From Vezdaea acicularis (lineage: Eukaryota), in NCBI GenBank assembly GCA_026025075.1, contig JAPEUI010000009.1, forward strand, positions 124,001-188,000: 64,000 nt of DNA, given 5' to 3'. Numbering within the stretch: position 1 is the stretch's first letter; every line of letters starts with the position of its first letter. The notes beneath the pieces are model-generated. The model was not told the origin of the DNA. It was given only the letters and a program-made list of their open reading frames with translations, and made no database searches. Shown here one piece after another: positions 23,452 to 34,862 of this stretch. The translations under genes were made by a program, and so were the position numbers.

Positions 23452-25224
23452 ATGGCTGGACTGACACGTACCGCTTCAAACCTACGCCCTACTTTGAACC
23501 ATTCTCAAAGTCAAGCTCCAAACCAAGCTATAAGCCCCCAGACTCCAACGAGAGCCTTCTCCTCGACTTTCTCATCTCCTGGCTCGAGCCTAAGATCGGA
23601 CGATGAACAGATCATTCTAGAATTTGGCGCTAGATACCTTCGTGGTGGCGTCGCTGGAGAGAACGAGCCCCGCTGTATCCTGGACTACGGCCCGGATACG
23701 CAGAGAAGGCAGGGAGACTATAGACAATGGGAACAAGGATATGAAGAAAGCTGGAGAAAGAGGCGACGTGGAAGACGGTTTGGAGAGTCACATGAGTTAT
23801 GGAGTATGGACGTGAGGAATATGGATTTAGCGCTGTTTGAGGACCAGATCGAGCGAGCTATAAGAGAGGCTATAACTAAGTAAGACCTGCATCTGATGCG
23901 GAACAGTCTCCTTTTCCTGATTCAGAGGAATTCTGACGCAGTAAGGTACCATATAGGCGACTCTAAGCCACATCGAATGCTGCTGGCCCTCCCTCCTCAT
24001 CTTCCTCATCCCCTCCTCTCTACGATCTTGACTACCTTGTTCACCCAATTTCAAGCTCCAAGTATCGCCATAATGTCCACACCAACGCTTAGTGCGATCG
24101 CGGCCGGTGTTCGAAATACACTCGTGGTCGATATTGGATGGCATGAAACAGTTGCTACTGCGGTATATGAATATCGAGAGGTCCAACATACCAGGAGTAT
24201 TAAGGGTGCTAAAGCTCTTTTGCAGGAGACTGGTAAGTTGCTTGTACGACATATTCGAAAAGCCCGAGAGTGGCATGAAGCAGATGGTACTGAGGACTCA
24301 GCGGATGATTTTGCGGAGGATGTTAGTTTGGAGGAATGCGAAGAGGTCCTCACAAGACTGGTTTGGTGCCGGAGTCGGCGCGAAGCTTTGAAAGCGCGAG
24401 GGGGAGACAAACTTTCAGCAACATCTACGGAGCTTTCTCATCAATTCCGATCTATGCATATTGCCGAAGATGATACCGCAGGCTCAGTATCTCTATCCCT
24501 ATCAAATCAGCCGATGTCCATAACCCTGAATTCGACGAGGCCGCCAACAGTAATCCAAGTGCCGTTCTTTTCGCTGTCAAGTCCAACAGAAATAGCTCTC
24601 TTTCCTCATGCGGACGATGCTGATGACAATGAACTCCCAATCGACCTCTTGGTATACCAAGCTCTCCGTTCACTCCCGGTCGACGTCCGAGGGCTCTGCA
24701 TGTCACGCATTATCATATGTGGAGGGATCTCTAGGTTACCCGGGATAAAGTGGCGCATTATTGAAGAGGTTAAAGCTCTGGTTGATGCCTACGGCTGGGA
24801 GAAAGTTCGAGGAAGGGCGGCTGATGCATTCAGGCAAAGGTTGAGGGAAAGAAGCCAGAACTCACAAGCCAAACATCAGGCACCTACTTCTGGGTCATTC
24901 ACGAAGGTTTCAGCGGCATTTGAGGCTCAGCAACGGGATCCTGTGGAGGAGAGCCTTCATCGTCATAACGCGAAACAGGGACCGAGAGGTTTGATCCGCG
25001 GGATTGAGACCTTAGGGCCGTGGACTGGAGCTAGTCTACTGGCTGGTATGAAGGCCAAGAGCGTCGTTCAAATTGAGAAGGAAAAGTTTCTCCAAAATGG
25101 ACTCGCTGGCGCGAGCAAAGAGGGCGAGGTCCCAGTTGCACCTCAAAGGATGAGTGTTGGACCCAGTGGGCCTCGACAGGGACTTGCTTCGCAGTCAAAC
25201 TGGACACTAGCAGGCTGGGCATAA
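23452..25224 (+). CDS. Divergent actin-related protein, probably the dynactin Arp10/Arp11 (RO7-like) subunit
   Basis: IILEFGARYLRGGVAGENEPRC, LVVDIGWHET, LPVDVRGLCMSRIIICGGISRLPG and GPWTGASL motifs. Intron ~23880-23946. Confidence 0.85.
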
Positions 25225-25578
25225 AATTTTTATTGACTAAAGATACCCTGATGTAGTTTTGATAACCGTTGTATATTGACTTATAGACAACCAATCTATG
25301 TACGATCATGTGCGCTAGTTGCGGTTGGATGTCTCTAGACCATTAATGGCATGTGGTGTGGTCCGGGTCCCGAACGACGGAAAGAGCCGTTGTAATTAAT
25401 ATCCACCCCTGGGCACCTCTTTCATCATGCACTGCAAGGCAACACACAACGCACAACACACAGATCGGCCTCGTGGGGAACGAGGCAGCCGCTCGTTCGG
25501 TACGGTGATCTACTATGCTATGATCTCGCAGAAATGAACTAGCTGAACCCTTTTTCATTTACAAAGCACAGAGACACG

Positions 25579-26654
25579 ATGCTTGACCCACTACCATCGC
25601 CGCCGGCGTTCATTCAGGCATCGTTAAAACCACTTGCTGATAAGATCGGTCTACCCCTTATCACTCTTCACATCCATGAGATCTTGCTGGCTTTCCTTCT
25701 TTACCACTATATCAACGTTAAAATCTCCCCAGCTCTATCTCGGAAGTTCTTCCCCAACATTTATCCCCATCTCAACACGCGTACGAAGACCAACTGGGAC
25801 ATTCACGTTGTATCGCTAGCCCAGTCGATAATCATAACAGTACTGGCTCTATGGGTTATCTGGTTCGATGATGATAGAAAGTTGATGGGATGGAGAGACC
25901 GCGTTTGGGGTTATACAGGTTCCTCGGGTATGGTACAGGGATTCGCGGCTGGCTACTTCTTATGGGATTTAATGGTTAGCTCTACAAACATCCAACTGTT
26001 TGGATGGGGCCTACTTGCGCATGCTATATGTGCTCTGGTAGTGTTCACTCTTGGTTTCGTAAGACTCCTTTCTGGTTAGCAAGAGACTATTGTTGACACT
26101 TGCTTACGATCTATCAGAAACCATTTGTAAATTATTACGCGCCCACCTTCATTCTCTATGAAGCATCATCTCCCTTTCTGAACATTCATTGGTTCTTTGA
26201 CAAGGTCAATATGACTGGCTCGCGCTGGCAGCTCATCAACGGGATTGCGCTCCTGGTGACCTTCTTCCTATGTCGCCTTGTTTGGGGTACCTATCAGTCT
26301 CTTCGGGTTTACCAAGATGTTTGGGCTGGCCTATACGGGCCCGGTCCTACCAACTCTGAGATAGAATCGGTATATTTGCGTTTTGCTGGAGAGCAGCGTG
26401 TACCGCTATGGCTAGCACTCACGTACTTGGGCGCAAATTGCCTACTCAATACACTCAACTTCTATTGGTTTGGGAAGATGATCGAAACAGTACGCAAGAG
26501 ATTCCGGGCTCCGAAGGGAAAGGGGGAGAAGATGGCTGTCTCTGTTCGAGAAGATGGAACAAGTACCGTAGCCGTCGACAAGGACACGCAAATGGATGGG
26601 GATACGAGGAAATATCGTGTGGAGGAAACGGAGGTAAGGCGAAGAAAGGAGTAA
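25579..26654 (+). CDS. TLC-domain (TRAM/LAG1/CLN8; TMEM56/Tda4-like) membrane protein
   Basis: NWDIHVVSLAQ, FAAGYFLWDL, LAHA, YEASSPFLNIHW, FFLCRL and LNFYWF motifs. One intron at ~26059-26117. Confidence 0.9.
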
Positions 26655-27045
26655 ATCTCTACAGGCAGGTCACTTGGGTTCATGCATTATCTTGGGTTTG
26701 GAAGCGAACGACAGACTTTAGGAGAGATTGGTGTTTGTAATTGCTATGGCCAAGATACTCTTTCTTCATGTCCTTAGAGAGGCCGGCGCTATAGCCATCA
26801 TCTAGAATGGAAGGATAAATCTGATACTGCACGTCGGCTATCCGTTCTTCGAACTTTGGCCTCATGTAACAATATCAAGCTTCAACGACCACGCTCGTGC
26901 ACTTAAGCTACTCTGGTCAGTGTGGGCGGACGAAGCGATATTTTCGCATCCTTCGCCAAATCGCGACAAACGCGTAGTCATCTCAAGGATTATAACTTTA
27001 TCAACGTCCTCATATCCTAATAGAGCTGCGGGTAGCACCTTCAGG

Positions 27046-28789
27046 ATGACCCCAATGCAGCAACAGTATCAACGGTACCCGCCGCAACCTCCTGGGCGAT
27101 CGCCTCATGCCTCAGCCCGGCGCGGCCCAGGTAAGCCTCGGTGTTTCCCCTTCGCAAACCTTGGGCTACTAGCTCTAGCCTGTTTGAGTTGAACTCCCTA
27201 CTAATGCGCCAGTCCTATTTAGGACCTATGGTCTCTGGCGGTCATCCTCAAGCACCTCAGATGACCCCAGCCCAGATGCAGCAACAAGTGGCAGCAGCGG
27301 CACAGAAGAGCGAATTGGCCAAGCGCCGTAGTCGCAAGCCAACGGACAAGAGCATACCTGATGGAGTTGAAGAATTAATCATTGGAGATGGCGTCCAGAG
27401 GTACAAGGAGCTCCGGGATGTGGAGAGAAGGCTTGATGCGGCGATGATGAGGAAGAGGCTAGACATTCAAGATTCCGTTAATCGAACGGTGAAAGTATGA
27501 AGGCCATGCTGTTGAGATGAACTAGTCGATCTGATGCTAATCTCAACCTGCTTGTAGAGGTACAAAACATTACGAGTCTGGATCTCCAACACCGCAGAGA
27601 ATCAGCCCTGGCAACAGCAAGGTCTTGAAGAGAACGCCTTCGACTTCAATACTGGCGACGGAGGATCATACAGGGTCAAGATTGAGGGGCGATTACTCGA
27701 CGATGACGATATCGATGCTCTCTCTGATGACGAAGATGAAAGTGAAGAAGGAACCAAGGACACTAAGCCAACTAATGCGGAAGCTATGGAAGAGGATGGT
27801 GACAGAGAGGCTTCAGAAAAGCCGGCTAAAACTACACAGCAAACAAGAAAGAGGCTCTCGCACTTCTTCCGTGGCATCAGCGTTACATTTCCAAACAGGC
27901 AAAATCGACAAGACCCTATGCCGCCCATCGAGTGGAAGAAGCCATCTGTACTACCAAACGCGCCTGTGCTGCCAGCCGCTGCCGATTTTGACTGTCTTGA
28001 ATTTGAACGGAAGAGCGACGAGAATCTCAACTGCATCATCCAATTGGTTCGAGATGAACACCCAGAGCGCTATAAGTTAAGCCCTGAGCTTGCCGAAGTC
28101 CTTGACACGGACGAGGATGACCGCGCTGGCGTGGTGATGGGGATTTGGGAGTACATCAAGGCGATGAACCTTCAAGAAGATGAAGAAAAACGGGGTGTTC
28201 GTTGCGACGAACGCTTGCGAGCTGTAAGAACCTCAAATTTTTTCGCTAGACCTCTCATGCTGACTTTTTTGCTATCCAGGTATTTAAGCAAGAGACTCTC
28301 TTCTTCCCTACCATCTCCGACCTCATAAACCCCCATCTCAAACCCCTCCCTCCTCTCTCCCTCCCTTACACCATCCGTGTAGACCCCGCATTCCAATCTA
28401 AGCCTGAGCCGACCATATACGACATACTAGTCCCTCTCGAAGACCCTCTACGTCTCAGAATGAACGCCCTTCTCAAAGACCCTCTCTATCCGTCTACCCT
28501 TCGCCAACTGGCGTCAATGGACGACCAACTGGCATTGCTAGTACAAGCTATTTCGCATGCCAAGGCGAAGCATGGCTTTTTCAAAGCGGCATCTACAGAT
28601 CCGGTAATGTTCATGAGGCGATGGATCGGAAGCCAGAAGAGGGATCTAGAGACCCTCATCGGCGAAGGAGGTAGGGGAGGAGAGGTCGGAGATATGGGAG
28701 ATGAGTGGAGGCGGGGCGGAAAACATGGTGTATGGGGTAGGGAAGAAGTGCAAGAAGCTGTGGGATATCGGATGGCGAAGGGTTTTTAG
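27046..28789 (+). CDS. SNF12: SWI/SNF-RSC subunit Snf12/Ssr3 (SMARCD, SWIB domain)
   Basis: RRSRKPTDKSIP, ERRLDAAMMRKRLDIQD, LRVWISNT, YKLSPELAEVL, GIWEYIK, CDERL and FMRRWIGSQKRDL. Three introns. Confidence 0.92.
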
Positions 28790-28923
28790 AGTTTCTACGA
28801 TTAATTGCTGGTTGGCTAGAGGCGTTATTTACGACAAAACCCGGGTATCTGCGTTGAATATGTGCGTCTGCGCTACTGATGCTTTGCTCCGTATCGAGTA
28901 CCGTCATGATTTTCTCAAGATCC

Positions 28924-30104
28924 TCACAGTGCCTTCTTTTCCTTCGGGACAGCCGGACGTCCCATTCCGTCCATCGCACTATCCATACCAGACGCCCACC
29001 TTAGAACCTTCCTCAAACCTGCTGGCACCACATTCATCCAGCCTATCCACCTTGTATAAAGCGGCATCGTGACCTCTGCGTCCCGCCCCTCATCGACAGC
29101 CTTTACGATTGCGAGGGCCAGGTCCTTGGGCGGAACAACAGGCCCAAAAAAATTGCTGGGCGTGCGCACGTTAGCGAAGAGTGGGGTGCTGAGTTGGCCA
29201 GGAGTGCAAAGGACGAGATTTATGCGGGGTTCTGCAGGTAGCTCGGCGAGGAGAGAGTTGTGCATGGCGGTGATGGCGGCTTTTGAGGAAGTGTAGTGCG
29301 CTGAGATAGAGTCAGTGGAGCTTGACGTGGGAATGGGTTCTGAGAAAGGCTTTACAAAGGTTCTTGCATCCTAGGTAGCCCAGGACGCTGGATATTGTGA
29401 CGATGGTGCCCCGTTCTTCGGAGAGCATGCCCGGCAGGAAGGTCTTGATGGTGTAGAAATGGGAGAGAACGTTTGTTTGAAAAGTCTTTTCGACTTCCTC
29501 GAAGGAGGCATCAATCATGGAGCTTCCATACATTACGGCGGCGTTATTTATAAGTATAGTTGGTGGGCTCCCAAACTGGCTCACTCGGGAATCAGCCCTG
29601 TCACCCAGACTGCATAGGAGGGCATACGCTTTCTGTTATTTCTCCATATGCTTTTTCTACCTGTTGCCTATCGCCAACATCACACTTGCAGAATGTGACC
29701 TGCTCCGCCAAGTCCTCCGGCATATCCCCAATCCCCATAACCGCAACATTGGCTCCTCGCAGGACATAGATCTGGGCGATCAGAAGGCCCAGCCCGCGCT
29801 CCCCGCCTGTAATCACGATCCCTTCTTCACGGAGGTCTACCTCTCTTGCTCTTCCCCCAGCAATGCGCCCATCAATATATGACAATGCCCAGACAATCGT
29901 GAGAATAGAGGCGTAGAGTATCGCTGAGCGCATCAGGGGGTTGTGGTAGGACATGGCCTGCGCGCGGAACCCGAGAGGAACCATCCATGCTATGAATGGA
30001 TGGAGGAACGTTCGTCGGGCAACGGCGAACAGGAGATCGATTGTGAGGTAGGCATACCATGGCTTTTCGTAAGGATCTGTCTTCGTACTAGAAGGTTCTG
30101 CCAT
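28924..30104 (-). CDS. Short-chain dehydrogenase/reductase (Tda5/RDH10-like, membrane-anchored)
   Basis: VITGGERGLG, CDV, ILINNAA, NVLSHF, GTIVTISSVLG and the catalytic YTSSK motif. Two introns. Confidence 0.9.
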
Positions 30105-30277
30105 TATCGAGCTGTCTAACATCAACTGTGAGGACGTCGATGCTTCTAACTTTGGCGCTTCTTCGCGCTTGAATTTAGGTTCTGCAGGGGTAGCTTTAAG
30201 CGAGACGTCACAGTGCATCTTGCGCCGAACGTGTGTCTGCCTGTGGTCCTCTAACAGCTGTACTACGTAAGACCATC

Positions 30278-31271
30278 ATGGATTTTCCTCCTGAATCCGA
30301 TTCTGGAATTCTCCACTCCAGCTCAAGGACCTCACGGCCAAGACTGGGCATTCCGATCGATCCAAATATGGACCAACATCCGAACTCCTACCTGGTCCCG
30401 AGCAAGCCTCGGCGTACGCGCAAGTACTCAATCGTGGACTTCTACGACCCCGAAATCATGGCGTGCGACTATCGAGGTCGTGTCTTGGAAGATATCGTTG
30501 ACTGGTCTGATACACGTCTTGAAGAATCGCACAATTACATACAGGTGAGCAAAACAAACACCAAGATGATCTTACGCTTCTGCCTTATGACGCAGCTGAT
30601 ATGTCCGTACTAAGGTGCTCTTCCCTTTGCCGGAACCTTCACCGTTCAATGATGGAGCAAGTATTATCGATCAGGAAACTGTAGAAGCCTTCCACGACAG
30701 GATAGAGCTACGTCTGGCCCTCACAGTCCCATTCAACCGCATGATGGACTTCTATGGGCTACCGATTGATGATATACCAAGCGAACGCCGCACTCCCCAA
30801 AATTTCCCGGCCGCTGGCAGACAAACATGGGTCCGCCGGTTCGACCACAACCATCTACGCCTAACCCGCATCATTCGCTGCTGTCGTGTGCTCGGACTTA
30901 CGGACGAAGCCGCCCGGCTTTGGGAAGCACTGCAGGACGTGCAACGGCTCCATGGCCGCATAAGTGCAAACTCGATGATGTACTGGCGAAGGGCTGCGAC
31001 ACGTCCGCTGCATATTCGGCCAGACCAGGATGATGACGAGAACATCGCCGGAATGGAATTTCTGCAGGCTTTCGGAGCGAATGACACAGATTCTGATTCA
31101 GCCAAAGATAAAGTCAAGAAGTTCGGGCGAAAGATTGCTAAGGCGAGGAAACTGGCTACGAAGGACAGGAAAACACGTGAGAAGAATGCCAGTGCAAGAG
31201 CGAATGAAGCAGCTGTAGATGGGAAGGAGACCAGTGACGAGAAGGACACTAGCTTCAAAGAAGCCAGCTGA
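30278..31271 (+). CDS. Opioid growth factor receptor (OGFr) conserved-region protein
   Basis: DYRGR...LEESHNYIQ|VLFPLPEPS.FN, RMMDFYG and DHNHLRLTRIIRCCRVLG...YW motifs. Intron ~30545-30614. Confidence 0.85.
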
Positions 31272-31946
31272 ATGAGAGCGGCAGGCTACTTTCGGCGAAT
31301 TCTATGAAGTAATTTCCCGATGAAGAGGCACGGCATGACTTAGTTAGTCCTGACATATGGTAAGAGATTAGCTGAAAGCAATAAAATCCAGGACACGAAG
31401 AGTAACCCTCCGAGCGCGGTATAGAAGTCAAGCCTATCTTGCTTCGCTATTCTTGCAGAGTTTTCTCCCTTAAGAGTATTCCTTGGTGTTGCAATCATCG
31501 TTTGCATTCTTTTCCCCTCATATTGGGGAGATATTGATCTCTTGATCATGACCTCGTCCCGACTGGGTGAGGTGTGGAGAGCATAACTTCCGTAAGAGCT
31601 TGTAAGCTCCCACCTTCGTCCCTAAACTCTGACACCAACAGTAGAAAGAACATCTTTCAACCTGTATCTAGGCTCCTATGCGCCATGTTATTTGCCTCCA
31701 GCACGCCGGACCAGGCGCCCTCCCTTTCACGAGGCACCAATGCGCAAACATCGATTTCTTAGCAGCACCTTATATCAAACCTAAGGAACATAAAAACCTA
31801 CGGATGGCTCGACTAGTCGATCGGTCAACAAGAAAACTAGATGGCTCATGATCAATCATCTGACTCCTATCAGCCCTATACCATCTTTCTCTAGCCTACC
31901 TGACTTCAAGATCTGCCTTGCTCTCCACAGTATTGCAACCCTGTCA

Positions 31947-32105
31947 ATGTTTGGGCTCGACCATGACAAATACTGCTTTGTGCAGTGCTACGTTTTCGCT
32001 GGTTGGTCTTGGCAACGCATCGCTCTGGAATTCAACCGCGAATATCACGAACATGTAACGTCGGTAGAGTTGGTGGTCGCATACAACAATTGGGACGGAT
32101 TTTAA
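31947..32105 (+). CDS. 52-aa microprotein A (putative single HTH/Myb-like module; paralogue of the 33443 and 39994 ORFs)
   Basis: MFGLDHDKYCFVQCYVFAGWSWQRIALEFNREYHEHVTSVELVVAYNNWDGF*. Shares identically spaced residues with ORF 33443-33658. Confidence 0.6.
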   Translation: MFGLDHDKYCFVQCYVFAGWSWQRIALEFNREYHEHVTSVELVVAYNNWDGF

Positions 32106-32693
32106 GCATATCATATCTACCCTGGACATCTCAAAGCTTGCCTTGGCGTCTGAAGTGGAGGATTCATCAGCTGCAACAACACAATTGCTGCTTGAACTTT
32201 CTTCCTTTGACCTTTCGATGGTATGATAGCAAGAGCAGCGCAAGGAAACCACCACGTCAATTTTCCTTTGCAGCTACATCATGAGGTCTACATTATATAA
32301 TCTTTTGTACGACTAAGCTTTCTCCTTTGAGCACCAACTTGTGTATCTCAGTTTACATTTCCCCTCATTCGACGGAAGAGCCTGCTTGCGATGTCTCTGT
32401 ATGATGGCATCTACCCTACTTTAAATTCCTTATCGGGGCTTAGAACTTCTCGGAAATTCATCTTCTATCTCACCTAGGCAACCATACTATAAAGCAGGCG
32501 TTCGCAGAGACTGCTTACTACAACATTATTCACTGCTCAACCTGTTGTGTTGAGCTTCAGTATATACATAAGTTATACTCAGAGTCTGGTAATGACTTTT
32601 TATTACTTACCTTCCTTTCCTTTTTGGCATGTGAAATTCATCGAAATATAATTTTCTTTGCACAATCCCGGAAAAGAGTTACCACCACCGAAG

Positions 32694-32990
32694 ATGTGCT
32701 ATCTTATAGTACCGTACTATCGACTCTGCCAACACACCGCCATAGCTTATGTCGAAGAGTGCGATGATGGGTCACACAAGAATGTCGAAGACCTTGTCAA
32801 AGAATTCTACAACAGATGCCCCGACTGCGTGGAAAACACCAGAAAGCGCTTCCGCATGGACGGTCTGGACTGGTGGATTGCTATGCAAAAGAGAAACAGG
32901 CGTTATGCGGAAAGGAACGCACGAATCGCACGCTTGAATAATGGTCGCTGTCCCGAGAAGACAGCTGATGAGCATGGCACTGCACGGTAG
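32694..32990 (+). CDS. 98-aa Cys/His-rich microprotein (putative Zn-binding MC-x9-CxH...C...CxxC)
   Basis: MCYLIVPYYRLCQH...C....H...RCPDC followed by a basic helical tail. TATAAA at 32488; good ATG context (AAGATG). Confidence 0.6.
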   Translation: MCYLIVPYYRLCQHTAIAYVEECDDGSHKNVEDLVKEFYNRCPDCVENTRKRFRMDGLDWWIAMQKRNRRYAERNARIARLNNGRCPEKTADEHGTAR

Positions 32991-33442
32991 GTATCGACCC
33001 ACATGGGGACCTACTTTCCCCAAGCCTTAATTGCGTTCACACTTTTATCTAGATTGGTAGATGAAGCTCCCCGTTCATGATTGCTATCTTCACAGCTTTG
33101 GTGAATGAGCTAAGCTGAACAATGCGAGCAATTTCCTTGTCCAAATCTGTGCAGCCTGCATCCAAGAACATCCGATAGCCAGTGCCGCGCCGCAAAGTAG
33201 CTAACGTTATCAATGTCTTTGTCTTGTCGGCATGCATGATATCAAACCCTTCCTTTGAACAACGATTGCGCTAGTCTTATAACAGTCTGTTTCTGTCCCA
33301 GCCCTGAGATATGTTCTCACATCTCACATGCATTATCATTACGATATATAATATCGTAACCCACTGCAACTCTCTCACAAGGCACCACGACTCTGTTTCG
33401 AATCATATTATGCTGTTCGGTTAGAAACACCAATCTCTCAAG

Positions 33443-33658
33443 ATGGACGCAAAGGATACTAGGGAAGCTGTAGACGCTACAAATGCTATAGACGAAGAGG
33501 TAGAAGAGATCAACATACAACAGTACTACTTCATCAGCTTCACTTACAAAGGTAGGGACTGGGACGGGCTCGTGGGGAAGTTTAACGCCAAATACAATAC
33601 GCAGTATATGCCGGATGAGCTTCACAGGGTTTATCTTGACTTCCAAGCGCGAGCTTAG
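33443..33658 (+). CDS. 71-aa microprotein B (acidic N-terminus plus putative HTH/Myb-like module)
   Basis: MDAKD...EEVEEINIQQYYFISFTYKGRDWDGLVGKFNAKYNTQYMPDELHRVYLDF. AAGATGG start context; motif shared with the 31947 and 39994 ORFs. Confidence 0.62.
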   Translation: MDAKDTREAVDATNAIDEEVEEINIQQYYFISFTYKGRDWDGLVGKFNAKYNTQYMPDELHRVYLDFQARA

Positions 33659-34580
33659 GAACTATAGGTGCGAGTGCGGTAGCTCCACGCTTCTCTCAGT
33701 TGGAGGCGCTTAGGTTATCACGGGGGAGGTGTGGGAGATGCGGGAAGAGACACGTTCATGTGTTCTCCCGTCCAGGTCGGGGCGAGAAAGGGATTGTCAT
33801 TATTCGTGGCGGGTACACGCTGAACTCGGGCGCATATGGTCAGCTTTCGCATGGCGCTTTTGTCCTTCTTAGCAATTGAAGATTTGGTTCTCGCGCCCGA
33901 CGCAAACTTTTGAGATGGTTGTAGACGAACAAAGTTCCCCCCCAAGGTTTTCTCTTGGCAGAACACAGCCTCGTTTGCTTGGGCTTCATTTTGTGTTCCC
34001 CCTTCCCCTGTCCGTTGCGTGGCACCCTTGCGGCGCTAGTAAGCCGTCACACGTATAAATGAGTACGACCAATTTGTCCACTTTGCAATAACCAAATTGG
34101 ATATTAAGTCCTCCATCAGCCATCTTGTCAACATCCAGTCCAAAGGTTACACAAAGCATCGTTGCTTGATATCACTCATTCGGGACAGCCTCCGATCTAC
34201 GGCAATTTGCAGCATCTACAAAGCGTCCGTCCCCGGTACTGAACCGAACGTCGAGTCCAGATCACTCATGGTGACGAGACCGTCTGTGCCACGCTCCATG
34301 TTCTTGTGCTACGGCGGCGTCTGGTGACCGTCTCAAAGTAGAAAGGAATGCATGTCCCCGTATATCTGGCCCTTCGGCTACCTAAAGCATTCGACCGTCG
34401 AGTGGATCAGTCCCGCAGAGGATCGCCCGATCTCCATGCGGATACTCGAGAGCTCTCATTTGCGCATTATGTCCGCCAGTGAGAGAGGAAAGAGGCGCCC
34501 GGATAGCGGCGCTCCAGAGTTGTAATGCATGGTGGGACCCCGATGGAAGAGGAAGGCCCCGGCCGCCTGCTTGACCCCTA

Positions 34581-34602
34581 GATCTTCCCACGTGGGAAGA
34601 TC
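34581..34602. promoter_or_regulatory. Perfect 22-bp palindrome centred on the E-box CACGTG
   Basis: GATCTTCCCAC|GTGGGAAGATC, ~260 bp upstream of the MpaB-like ATG. The palindrome is certain; a regulatory role is inferred. Confidence 0.5.
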
Positions 34603-34862
34603 GTAGCATTTCCTACCGTTACACAGCCTCACTGCACTTTGCTCATCTTACTTCACTCTCAGCATACAAGCTATTTGTATGCAGCATGCTCGACGTTCCT
34701 TTTGAACAACTCTCCTACCTTCATCACCTTTGATTTTGTCTGAGCTCTCAGCATCCGTTCCTTGATCAAGCACCGGCATTTCTGCGTGCATAGTGAGACC
34801 CTACAGCGCCGCATCTGACTTTCTGAGCATAGAGCCGCGTGCTTGAGCCTGAATCACCTGCA

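Noticed and set aside
33049..33237. 62-aa minus-strand ORF within the microgene cluster
   Set aside because: No shared motif with A/B/C, no paralogue and no other support; cannot be distinguished from a chance ORF.
32988..33670. TAG stops of the microprotein genes as A-to-I editing or readthrough sites
   Set aside because: The downstream frames close again quickly (ORF B within 3 codons), so no meaningful extension would result.
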